Origin: an uncultured Actinomycetes bacterium
GTDB taxonomy: Bacteria > Actinomycetota > UBA4738 > HRBIN12
Length of the DNA stretch: 64,000 bases
Assembly (NCBI GenBank): GCA_963785835.1
Contig: CAWAWO010000004.1
Coordinates: 204,706-268,705, forward strand
Direction: 5' to 3'
Shown: positions 1 to 9,381 of the stretch, piece by piece
How the letters are laid out: each line of letters opens with the position of its first letter
How positions within the stretch are numbered: the first letter of the stretch is position 1
Notes under the pieces: model-generated
What the model saw: the letters and a program-made list of their open reading frames with translations, nothing else
Told to the model about the DNA's origin: nothing
Database searches by the model: none
Program-made: the position numbers and the translations under genes

Positions 1-228
1 GGCGCTCCGGTCGTCCCGGTCGGCATCTGGGGCACGCATGACCGCTGGCCGAAGGGCGGGCTGCACTACCGCCGCCCGATACGCCGGACGATCGCGATCG
101 TCTACGGCGAACCCATCGAGCCCGAGGGCGACGCCGACTCACAGGAGGACATCCAGGTGTTCACCGACCTGGTGATGACGGGGATCGCCAAGCAGGCCGC
201 CGAGGCGCGCATCCTCGCGTCTCGATGA
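1..228 (+). CDS. C-terminal fragment of a PlsC-type lysophospholipid acyltransferase family protein (5' end outside window)
   Basis: Frame 1 is open from base 1 to TGA 226-228. Translation GAPVVPVGIWGTHDRWPKGG...IAIVYGEPIEP resembles the C-terminal block of 1-acylglycerol-3-phosphate acyltransferases. Confidence 0.55.
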   Translation, partial: GAPVVPVGIWGTHDRWPKGGLHYRRPIRRTIAIVYGEPIEPEGDADSQEDIQVFTDLVMTGIAKQAAEARILASR

Positions 229-245
229 CGCGACCCGAGGGCCCG

Positions 246-920
246 CTAGCCTCCCGAACCCGAGACGCCGAGATGCGGCACGAACCATTCGGCCGCGAGA
301 TCGGCGACACGTTCGAGCGCGCCGGGCTCCTCGAACAGGTGGGTCGCGCCCGGCACGATCTCGAGCCTCGTTTCGGCGCGGAGCCGGGCCTGCGCCTCGC
401 GGTTGAGCTCGAGGACGTCGCGGTCCCGCTCGCCCACGATCAGCAGCGTCGGCGCCGTCACGCGCTCGAGCGCGTCGCCGGCGAGGTCCGGCCGGCCGCC
501 GCGGGAGACGATGGCTCGAACCTCCGGCAGGTCGGTGGCCGCGACGAGCGCCGCCGCGGCGCCGGTACTGGCCCCGAACAGCCCGACGGGGAGCTCGGGC
601 GCCTCCCGCTCGGACCCAGCGCACCGCCTCGCCGAGCCGCCGCCCGAGCAACGCGATGTCGAACACGTTCCGGCGGTCGGCGGACTCCTCGTCGGTCAGG
701 AGGTCGAACAGGAGCGTCCCGAGGCGTTCGGCGTGCAGCCGCTCGGCGACCTCCACGTTCCGCGGTGATCGCCGGCTCGAACCGCTGCCGTGCGCGAACA
801 CGACGACGGCCACGGCCCCGTCGGGGACGACGAGATCGCCGGGCAGTCGGACGCCGTCGGTCTCGATCTCAACGGCACGGACTTCGACCCTTGCGTGGTC
901 GCGGAACGGTCCACATCCAT
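246..920 (-). pseudogene. dienelactone-hydrolase-family alpha/beta hydrolase, frame broken in this assembly
   Basis: Two minus frames carry consecutive parts of one protein: VEIETDGVRLPGDLVVP...VVFAHGSGSSRRSPRN...GEAVRWV, then SEREAPELPVGLFGASTGAAAALVAA...APTLLIVGERDRDVLELN...GATHLFEEPGALE (stop 246-248). The switch is at the CCC run near 615-617. There is no in-frame ATG/GTG/TTG at the N-terminus. The ATG at 920 is one base out of frame, so a second indel is possible. Confidence 0.6.
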
Positions 921-1001
921 CGCGGCGTACCAGGCCCTCGAGCGCTTCACAATCCCCCGGCCGGCGCGAGCCTCCGCCGACGTCCTCGAGTTCTCGGGCA
1001 C

Positions 1002-1994
1002 TCAGCCGGGACGGAGCGAGCTCAGGTCGATCGTCTCCACCACATCGGAGACCGACAGACCGGGCTCCGTGCCGCCCGCGATCGCGTACACGACCGTCCC
1101 CACCGCCACCATGCCCAGCCCGTGGCGGGCCGTCGGCATCGGGGGCAACGCCAGCCACCGCTCGCCCGAGACGTCAAAGGCCTCGGCCTCGTCGAAGGTC
1201 GAATCGGCCTCGCCGCCGGCGGAGACGACGTAGCCGTTCGAGGTCGCCGTCGCTGCGCTGCCGCCTCGCGCCGTCGGCATCGGGGCGAGCTCGCGCCACG
1301 AGCCGGCGGCCGCGTCGAGGGCCTCGGCAGTGTCGAGGTTCGAGCCGATCCCACCCGTTCGCCCGCCGACCACGAACAGCTCGCCGTCCAGACCCGCGAC
1401 CCCGAGATGCTCCCGCGCGGTCGGCGGTCCCTCGCGGACGGTCCAGGCACGCGTCCGCGGGTCGAACACGAACACGTCCTCGGCGAGCGCGCCGCCCTGA
1501 CCCACGCCACCCGCGACGTACAGGCGGCCATCCACGGCAGCCGCACCGCCGGCCGCTCGCTGAGCAGGCATCGGCGGGAGCTCCTCCCACCTCCCGTCTT
1601 CGAGCGCGAAGGCACGATCGGTCGGGTCGCCGAGCCCAGGCCCCAGGTAGCCGCCGAGAACGATGATCGTTCCGTCCAGCCCAGCCGCCATCGGGTGGTT
1701 GACCGCGATCGGCAGGTCCGGCCCCGGGCTCCACGTCGTCGTCGCGAGATCGAGGATCTCCACGGTCGGCGTGGTCGCACCGGACGCGTCGAACCCGCCG
1801 GCGACGACGATCCGCTGCCCGTCGGTCGCCGCCGCCACTTCCGAGCGCGCGGTCGGCACGGGCGGGAGCGTCTCCCATCGGACCGCGGGATCGACCGGCA
1901 CCACCGAGCCGGCGTCCCCGCCGACGTCGCCGTTGCAACCGGCGAACGCGAGGACGAGAACCAACGCCGAGCCGAACGCACGGGGAGCGCGCAC
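1002..1994 (-). CDS. Kelch-repeat beta-propeller lipoprotein
   Basis: 330-aa ORF with GTG start. Signal peptide with lipobox (LVLVLAFAGC). Repeated ...GG...W..LPPMPTAR... Kelch-type blades. Confidence 0.8.
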   Translation of the reverse strand: MRAPRAFGSALVLVLAFAGCNGDVGGDAGSVVPVDPAVRWETLPPVPTARSEVAAATDGQRIVVAGGFDASGATTPTVEILDLATTTWSPGPDLPIAVNHPMAAGLDGTIIVLGGYLGPGLGDPTDRAFALEDGRWEELPPMPAQRAAGGAAAVDGRLYVAGGVGQGGALAEDVFVFDPRTRAWTVREGPPTAREHLGVAGLDGELFVVGGRTGGIGSNLDTAEALDAAAGSWRELAPMPTARGGSAATATSNGYVVSAGGEADSTFDEAEAFDVSGERWLALPPMPTARHGLGMVAVGTVVYAIAGGTEPGLSVSDVVETIDLSSLRPG

Positions 1995-2044
1995 GGCTCG
2001 ACGCTACCGCAGCTCTCGGGAACGATCACCTTGCGAAAGCTGAA

Positions 2045-2066
2045 GGGGCGGCCGAACGGCCGCCCC
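2045..2066 (-). terminator. GC-rich hairpin downstream of the sigma gene
   Basis: Perfect 9-bp stem GGGGCGGCC / GGCCGCCCC with loop GAAC, 27 nt beyond the sigma stop. On the minus strand it is followed by TTCAGCTTTCG. Confidence 0.5.
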
Positions 2067-2092
2067 TCGGTGTCTCCCTGATGTCGTCGTCG

Positions 2093-3025
<933 letters not shown>

Positions 3026-3379
3026 GAACTCACTCTCCTCCTCGAAGCCTCCGTCCGGGGCGTGCTTCGCCCCCGGAGGTCTTCGGGACCGTTGCTGGTC
3101 GGGCAGGGCCCCGGGCGCAGCTGAACCGGCCTCCCCGGGCCACCGGGTTGCCATGGTATCTGCCCCGCAGAGGCCCTGTAAAGCCGTCCCCTATGAAGAC
3201 CTGGTGGAGATACCCAACTATTCCCGGATCCATCGCTCTTCGTTCATACGTGAAGGGCTGCCGGGCACCCCTCGGCCGATGGAACCGGACCCTTGAGATT
3301 CGTCCGCGGACCCCCTGCGGGTTCTCACTCCCGTCACCCCGGTGGGCTTCCATGGGTCACCGGCCGAAAGGAGGAAGCC

Positions 3380-3598
3380 ATGGCCGAGGAGATCACGCTG
3401 GAGCAGGACATCGACCGGTCCTGGCCGGGCAGCCGGCGTTCGAAACGGGCCCCTGGGCCCTCCGGGAGCCGGAGCCGTTCGAGGACCAGCGCGCGTTCGC
3501 GTCCGTCGACCCCGAGGACACCTGAGGAGGCGACGACCCAGGGTTCCGAGGAAGCCGGGTCGGACGAGCAGGACGACGACGACGAGGATCAGGACTAG
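3380..3598 (+). CDS. small acidic hypothetical protein, reading frame ambiguous
   Basis: ATG 3380 is preceded by AAAGGAGGAAGCC. After about codon 13 the +1 frame (LAGQPAFETGPWALREPEPFEDQRAFASVDPEDT, TGA 3523-3525) has about 97% GC3 against about 76% for the starting frame. The acidic tail (EEATTQGSEEAGSDEQDDDDEDQD) is again GC3-rich in the starting frame. Confidence 0.4.
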   Translation: MAEEITLEQDIDRSWPGSRRSKRAPGPSGSRSRSRTSARSRPSTPRTPEEATTQGSEEAGSDEQDDDDEDQD

Positions 3599-3619
3599 AC
3601 GCTTCCCCGGCCCAGCGCA

Positions 3620-3647
3620 GGAAGGGGCGGCCCCGGCCGCCCCTTCC
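3620..3647. terminator. bidirectional GC-rich hairpin between convergent genes
   Basis: GGAAGGGGCGGCC-CC-GGCCGCCCCTTCC, 13-nt perfectly complementary arms. It lies between the small ORF and the stop of the MoaD/propeller gene. Confidence 0.5.
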
Positions 3648-3659
3648 GCGTATCAGAGC

Positions 3660-4994
3660 TCAGACGGCCCGGACCGAGAGCACCGGCGCGAGATCCCTGG
3701 CGACGACGTGCCAGGAGGCTCCGGCGTCGGCCGAGCCGAAGACCTCCCCGGAGGTCGCGCCGAACCACAGGCCGAGCGGATCCCGAGCGTCGCCGCCGAA
3801 CGCCTGTCGGAGGATCGTCAGATACGCGTCGTCCTGCGGCAGGCCCGAGGTGCGAGGGGTCCACGACCCACCCGCGTCGCGCGTCTCGAACACGCGGAGC
3901 CGGCCTTCCGCGGAGACCCGATCCTCGTCCGAGTTGAGCGGGATCACGTACGCGCCGTCCGGGTCACGCGGATCGATCAGCATCGGGAACCCGAAGTCCG
4001 AGGGAAGTCCGTCGGCGATCGAGATCCACGACGCGCCGGCGTCGTCGGAGCGGTAGACGCCGCCGTGGAACTGCATGAACAGTCGCTCGGGTCGCAGCGG
4101 CGCGCGATACATGTTGTGCACGCAGAGGTCGATCGTGTCGACGGGAGCGTCTTCCGGGAGGTATCGCGGGACCAGCCCGTCGTTGCCGTTGCCCCACGTC
4201 CGGCCACCGTCCTCGCTGAGCCACACGCCGGCGGCGGAGATCCCGAGAGCGAGGCGCGTCGGATCGCCCGGCCACGTGGCGATCGAGTGGAGCGCCAGCC
4301 CACCGGCGCCCGGCTGCCACTCGGGGCGGCTCGGCTGGTCCCACAGAGCCCGGTTCAGCTCCCACGTCATGCCGCCGTCCCGGCTCTCGAACAGCGCCGC
4401 CGGCGCCACGCCGGCGTACAGGAGGCCGTCCTCCTCGCCCGGCGTGATCACCCACGTCCTGTGGACGCTCGCGTCCTCGCCGTCCGGGAACCGCGGGCCG
4501 TCGGCCTGCTCCCACTCGCCGGTGGGGTCCTCGGCGACGTGGACCGTCGGGCCGTACTGCCCGTGGGTCACGCTCGCGAAGTAGCGTCCGCTCCGCGGGT
4601 CGCGCATCGCGTACTCGACCACGGTCCCGGCGAACGCGCGGGTGACGACCTCCATCGCGCCGTCCCGCGGCCCGCGCAGCACGAACAGCCCTTTCCGCGT
4701 GCCGACGAGGAGCTCGGCATCGTCGGTCGCGGCGGCGCCGCCGGAGATGGAGCCGATGATCTCGAGCCGGTCCGCTTCGGCCACCGGAGCATCGCCGCGC
4801 ACGCGCTCGCCGTCGACGAACACGGCTACGTGCTCCCGGAGCCTGCCCTGGTCGTCGAGCACCCGGCCGCCCAGCTGTGGATGCGTCCGCTCGAGCCCCC
4901 GCAGGATCTCCTCGACCGTCGATCCGTCGACGCTGACCTCGCGCGCTCCGTCCGCGAGATCCCGAAGTGGCGGCCGCAGCCGAACGATCGCCAT
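3660..4994 (-). CDS. fusion protein: MoaD/ThiS-like beta-grasp domain ending in Gly-Gly, followed by an Asp-box (BNR) beta-propeller, sialidase-like fold
   Basis: ATG at 4994. Residues 1-86 are MAIVRLRPPLRDLADGAREVSVDG...HVAVFVDGERV...RLEIIGSISGG. Then come AELLVGTRKGLFVL and five S-x-D-x-G-x-(T/S)-W boxes (SRDGGMTW, SEDGGRTW, SDDAGASW, TRDAGGSW, SADAGASW). Confidence 0.8.
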   Translation of the reverse strand: MAIVRLRPPLRDLADGAREVSVDGSTVEEILRGLERTHPQLGGRVLDDQGRLREHVAVFVDGERVRGDAPVAEADRLEIIGSISGGAAATDDAELLVGTRKGLFVLRGPRDGAMEVVTRAFAGTVVEYAMRDPRSGRYFASVTHGQYGPTVHVAEDPTGEWEQADGPRFPDGEDASVHRTWVITPGEEDGLLYAGVAPAALFESRDGGMTWELNRALWDQPSRPEWQPGAGGLALHSIATWPGDPTRLALGISAAGVWLSEDGGRTWGNGNDGLVPRYLPEDAPVDTIDLCVHNMYRAPLRPERLFMQFHGGVYRSDDAGASWISIADGLPSDFGFPMLIDPRDPDGAYVIPLNSDEDRVSAEGRLRVFETRDAGGSWTPRTSGLPQDDAYLTILRQAFGGDARDPLGLWFGATSGEVFGSADAGASWHVVARDLAPVLSVRAV

Positions 4995-5156
4995 CGCCGG
5001 CGAGTCTATCGAGCGCCCGGCGTCGTCGGACCCGGTCGTTCGAGGGCATGATGGGACCGTGGATACGCGACGAACGCACAGCGCATCCAGGTTCCCCCCA
5101 GCCGGTTCGTCGAGCTCGGCGGCTCCGTCCACTACGTCGAGTGGGAGGGACCGCGG

Positions 5157-5993
5157 GTGGGTGGGTCAGAGCAGCAGCGCACGTTCGTGCTCGTGCACGG
5201 CCTGGGCGGTTCGCTGCTTTCCTGGCTCGCGGTCGGGCCGGGGCTCGCGCAGCACGGACGGGTCCTCGCGCTCGACCTCCCGGGTTTCGGGCGCTCCGAA
5301 CGAGCCGGCCGGCGGAGCCGGGTGAGCGACCTGCGGACCACGCTGTCTCGGTTCGTGGACGAGGTCGCCGGCGGACCGGTCGTGCTGGTCGGCAACTCGA
5401 TGGGCGGTGGGGTCTCGATGCTGGAGGCGGCCCTCGAGCCGGCCGCCGTCGAGGCGCTCGTCCTTTCGAACTCGGTCTTCCCGTGGACGCGCGGCTCGCT
5501 GCCGGCGCCGATCGTGCTGCTCGGGTTCTCCCTGTACCGGCTGCCACGCGTCGGCGAATGGGTCTCGAAACAGCGGATCACCCGGCTGGAAGCCGAGCGC
5601 GCGGTCGAGCTCGGGTTCAGGATCATCGCCGCCGATCCCTCCACGATCCCGGAGGACCTCGTGCGACTGCACGTCGAGCAGCTCGTCCGCCACCAGCAGA
5701 ACCCGGACGCCGGCGCGGCGTTCCTCGAGGCCGCTCGTTCCCTGATGTCGCTCGGCCGTCGCAGGGAGGTGGTGCGGTGGATCGTGGACGCGGTGAAGTG
5801 CCCGGTGCTCGTGATCCACGGGCGGGCCGACCGCTTCGTGCCGGTCGGGTTCGCCGAGGCTGCGATCCGGATGCGGCCCGACTGGGACCTGCGACTCATC
5901 CCGAAGGTGGGACACGTGCCACAGATGGAGGCGCCGGAACGTTGGCTGGCGCTCGTGGAGGACTGGCTCGCCGGGCTGCCCGCGGCGACCTAG
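5157..5993 (+). CDS. alpha/beta hydrolase
   Basis: FVLVHGLGGS, nucleophile elbow GNSMGG, C-terminal GHVPQME. The same frame upstream encodes SRFVELGGSVHYVEWEGP, a typical first strand, but has no start codon. ATG-ATG at 5048 is one base out of frame across a C6 run (5094-5099), so the true gene is probably 5048..5993 with a homopolymer miscount. Confidence 0.8.
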   Translation: MGGSEQQRTFVLVHGLGGSLLSWLAVGPGLAQHGRVLALDLPGFGRSERAGRRSRVSDLRTTLSRFVDEVAGGPVVLVGNSMGGGVSMLEAALEPAAVEALVLSNSVFPWTRGSLPAPIVLLGFSLYRLPRVGEWVSKQRITRLEAERAVELGFRIIAADPSTIPEDLVRLHVEQLVRHQQNPDAGAAFLEAARSLMSLGRRREVVRWIVDAVKCPVLVIHGRADRFVPVGFAEAAIRMRPDWDLRLIPKVGHVPQMEAPERWLALVEDWLAGLPAAT

Positions 5994-7387
5994 AGGCCGG
6001 CCGCCTTCGAGACCTCGCCGAGCGACTCCTCCAGCGCGAACGCCAGCTGCTGCAGGTCGGGCATCCCGTCGTAGTCGCCGGTCAGCCCGAACGCCATCGT
6101 GCCGCCGATCGACGTGCACGCGATCGACAGCGCCGAGTTCTCGCCGAGCGGCAACGACGGGTACTGGGCGACGAGCCTTGCCCCCGCCAGGTACATCGGC
6201 TGAGGCGGCCCGGGGATGTTCGAGACCACGAGGTTGAACCAGGGTCCCCGGCTCGCGAGACGGGCGGCAGCCGCCAGCATCCCACCGGGCGCGTACGCGC
6301 CGAGCCCGATGATCGCGTCGGCGCTCATCGCCATCATCGACTCCTTCAGGTGGGCCGTTCCCGCCCGGACGAGCGCGAGGCGGCGCTTCGGGCCCATCGC
6401 GCCCACCGGCAGGTCGACGAACGCGGGCGCCACGCGGTTGCCGAGCGACGCGTCGCGGCCGCCCTGGACCGACACCGGAACCATCACCCGCAGCGTCCGG
6501 CCGCGGGTCGGTTCCTTGCGGTCGCGGAGCAGCCGGTACAGCGCCCCGCCCACGACGGTCAGGACCGCGTCGTTCACCGTTCCGCCGAGCGCGTCCTTGA
6601 TCGTCCTTGAACCGCTGCAGCGGCGCGTCGGCGATCGCGAACCGGCGGTTCGGCCCGATCTGCACGTCGAGCGGCGATGCTGGCCGGGCCCCCATGTCCA
6701 GGATGCTTCGGAACCCCGACAGGACCGAGCCCACATCGAGCGCCGCCAGTGCCGGCGAGCGGCGGGCCGCCTCGATGCCGTTCATCACGGCCTGCATCGG
6801 GTGTGCGAACAGCGACTGCGTCGCCTCGCGGAGCAGGTCCTGCGAGGAGGGTTCGGGCTCGGGCTCCCACGCGGGCGCCGGCAGCCTCGTCCCGGGGCTC
6901 GGGCGACAGGTCGAACAGCGCCGCCGTCAGGTGCATCCCGGACAGCCCGTCGATCATCGCGTGGTGCACCTTCATCAGCGTGGCGACGTGCCCGTCTTCG
7001 AGCCCCTCGATCACGTAGAGCTCCCAGAGCGGTTTCGTCCGGTCCAGCGGGCGGGACAGGATCCGCTGCACCTGCTCGCCGAGCTCGACGCGCCCGCCGG
7101 GGCTGGGCAGCGCCGCCCGGCGGACGTGGAAGTCGAGGTCGAACGCCGCGTCGTCGACCCACACCGGGCAGCGCGAGCCCGTACGGCACCATCTTCACCT
7201 TCTGGCGGAGCCTTGGCGCGAGATGCAGTCGCGAGGCGAAGACCCGCTCGACGTCTTCGGCGCGCAGGCGGCCATCGGGACGCGTGGAGGGGTCGAGCAC
7301 GGACAGCCCGGCCACGTGCATGTGCATCGCCGGCCGCTCCAGGTACAGGAACGACGCGTCGAGCGCGGTCAGTCGTTCGGTGGCCAT
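5990..7387 (-). pseudogene. wax ester synthase/diacylglycerol acyltransferase (WS/DGAT), three frame breaks
   Basis: The pieces read in order: MATERLTALDASFLYLERP...; VWVDDAAFDLDFHVRR...HHAMIDGLSG (HHxxxDG motif); ...PAPAWEPEPEPSSQDLLREATQSLFAHPMQAVMNG...APLQRFK; DALGGTVNDAVLTVVGGALYRLL...NIPGPPQPMYLAG.... Breaks are at about 7164-7168, 6891-6897 and a 10-nt tandem duplication at 6591-6610. Confidence 0.8.
6591..6610. repeat. 10-nt near-perfect tandem duplication inside WS/DGAT
   Basis: gcgtccttga|tcgtccttga. Deleting one unit restores ...LQRFKDALGGTVNDAVL... in a single frame. Confidence 0.8.
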
Positions 7388-7445
7388 GGCCCTCCAAGGT
7401 ACCGCTCCACGGTCGGCGTGGAAACCGGTGCTAGCCTCGCCCGCG

Positions 7446-9374
7446 ATGCGCCGACGCCTGCGCGCCGCCTCCGCACTCGCGGTCCTCGCGGTCCTCACGC
7501 TCCCTTCGGCAGCAGCACGGGCGAGCTCGGATGAGGCATCTCGCGACGTCGAGATGCTCGACAACGTGTTCGGACCGAGGATCGTCCGGATCCCGGTGGA
7601 CGGCTCCGTCCTGTGGACCAACGAGGGGCGAGCCAGCCACAACGTGACGGCAGACGACGACTCGTTCGCCTCGGCCGATCTCGAGCCCGGCGGCTCGTTC
7701 GAGCGGGCGTTCCCGGCCGAGGGAGCGTTCCCCTACTTCTGCTCGCTGCACGGAGCACCGGGCACGGGCATGACCGGCGTCGTCATGGTCGGCGACGCGC
7801 CGATCCCCGGCACGGACTCGGAGGTCGGACCGGGCCGCGAGACGCCGCCGTCCCTTCCGGGCACCGAGATCCGAGTGCCCGAGGAGGCCCCAACGATCCA
7901 GGCCGCCGTCGACGCCGCCGAACCCGGAGGCCTCGTGCTGATCTCGCCCGGCGTCTACGAGGAGGCCGTGGTCGTGACGACGCCGTTCCTCACGATCCGG
8001 GGCTCCGACCGGAACGAGGTGGTCCTCGACGGCCGGTTCAGGCTCGACAACGGCATCGCGGTGATCGAAGCCGACGGCGTGACGATCGAGAACCTCACCG
8101 TCCGTCATTACCTGCTGAACGGGTTCCTGTGGCAGAGCGTGTTCGGGTACCGCGGCTCGTTCCTGACCGCGTTCAACAACGGCGCCTACGGGCTGTACGC
8201 CTTCGACTCCGTCTACGGTCAGTTCGATCACTCCTACGCGAGCGGCCACCCCGACTCGGGCTTCTACGTCGGTCAGTGCTACCCGTGCCACGCGGTCGTG
8301 ACCGACGTGCTCGCCGAGCACAACGCCCTCGGCTTCTCGGGCACCAATGCCGGCGGCCGCCTGTTCGTCGTGAACAGCGAGTGGCGGAACAACATGAGCG
8401 GCATCGTGCCGAACACGCTGGACTCCGAACTGCTCGCGCCGCAGCACGACGCAGTGATCGCCGGCAACTGGGTGCACGACAACAACGATGCGGACGCGCC
8501 GGCGTTCGACCTGCAGTACCCGTCGTTCGGGACCGGCATCCTCGTGAACGGAGGGCGCGACAACCTCGTCACGCAGAACCTCGTCGAGGACCACGTGAAC
8601 TTCGGGATCGCGCTCCTCGCCTCGCCCGACGAGAACCTCTGGCTGACCGAAGGCAACGAGGTCCGGGGCAACCTCGTCCGGAGCTCCGGCAACGCCGACC
8701 TCGCGCTCGGCGCGCCCGCCGCGGGCGGCGACTGCTTCGCGGCGAACGGGTTCTCCACGAGCCTGCCGCCGGCGATCGAGTGGCGGAGCGGCTGCGGGTC
8801 GCCGCTCGCGAGGATCGCGGGTGGTTCCCTCGGGATCGTGTTCGGGCCGCTCGAGCGGTACCTGGTGGCCGCGTTCGGCGAGATCGAGGTCGGTGACTGG
8901 CGTTCGCAGCCGCCACCTCCGCCACAGGCCACGATGCCGGGCGCCGAGACCGCGCCGCCCGATCCCGCGATCGCCGAGGTCGCCGTTCCTCAACGGGTCC
9001 AGATCCGAGACGCCCGCACGCTCGACGTGCCGGCGTCCTCAGACGTCTCCCAGGAGGTCACCGTGCTCGGGATCCCGCTCGCCGCCAGTTGGTGGGGTGT
9101 GCTGGTCGGCCTGTACGCGTACGCCCTGCCGCTGATCCTGTACTCGGCGTGGGTCTCGATCGCGTTGTGGGATCTCGTCCGGCAGGAGGCGGTGCCGAAC
9201 CGAACGCGCGTGCTCTGGATGATCGCGGTGCTCGTCGTTCCGTTGGTCGGGCCGATCGCCTATTACGTGTTCGGCCGTTCGCCGATCCAGCGCTCGTTGC
9301 GGGTGATGCTCGTCGCCGGAGGGCTCGCGATCTACGCGGCGCTGACGGTGCTCGCGATCGCGCTCGGTCCGTGA
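7446..9374 (+). CDS. secreted multidomain protein: cupredoxin + right-handed beta-helix (NosD-like) + C-terminal PLDc_N-type membrane anchor
   Basis: ATG 7446, signal peptide MRRRLRAASALAVLAVLTLPSAAA. Type-1 copper pattern SHNV...YFCSLHGAPGTGMTG. Beta-helix repeats follow (NGIAVIEADGVTIENLTV, NALGFSGTNAGG, GILVNGGRDNLVTQNLV, NFGIALLASP). The tail VLWMIAVLVVPLVGPIAYYVFGR is typical of the PLD N-terminal membrane domain. Confidence 0.8.
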   Translation: MRRRLRAASALAVLAVLTLPSAAARASSDEASRDVEMLDNVFGPRIVRIPVDGSVLWTNEGRASHNVTADDDSFASADLEPGGSFERAFPAEGAFPYFCSLHGAPGTGMTGVVMVGDAPIPGTDSEVGPGRETPPSLPGTEIRVPEEAPTIQAAVDAAEPGGLVLISPGVYEEAVVVTTPFLTIRGSDRNEVVLDGRFRLDNGIAVIEADGVTIENLTVRHYLLNGFLWQSVFGYRGSFLTAFNNGAYGLYAFDSVYGQFDHSYASGHPDSGFYVGQCYPCHAVVTDVLAEHNALGFSGTNAGGRLFVVNSEWRNNMSGIVPNTLDSELLAPQHDAVIAGNWVHDNNDADAPAFDLQYPSFGTGILVNGGRDNLVTQNLVEDHVNFGIALLASPDENLWLTEGNEVRGNLVRSSGNADLALGAPAAGGDCFAANGFSTSLPPAIEWRSGCGSPLARIAGGSLGIVFGPLERYLVAAFGEIEVGDWRSQPPPPPQATMPGAETAPPDPAIAEVAVPQRVQIRDARTLDVPASSDVSQEVTVLGIPLAASWWGVLVGLYAYALPLILYSAWVSIALWDLVRQEAVPNRTRVLWMIAVLVVPLVGPIAYYVFGRSPIQRSLRVMLVAGGLAIYAALTVLAIALGP

Positions 9375-9381
9375 GCCCGAC

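Noticed and set aside
225-2081. 618-aa plus-strand ORF; similar long Arg/Pro/Gly-rich ORFs include 3342..5051, 4967..6610, 7431..8993, 17454..19523, 22246..24870, 38612..40393 and 54414..56495
   Set aside because: All are antisense or out of frame relative to genes with clear family motifs. Their composition is dominated by R, P, G and A, and their GC3 is lower than that of the partner frame.
3026-3154. 43-codon N-terminal extension of the sigma factor
   Set aside because: It has lower GC3 (about 76%) and no Shine-Dalgarno sequence before ATG 3154, whereas ATG 3025 has GAGGAGGAGAG at ideal spacing.
6216-9374. 1052-aa ORF as drawn in the track
   Set aside because: The first 410 codons are antisense to WS/DGAT and are Arg/Pro-rich. 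The real protein begins with the signal peptide at ATG 7446.
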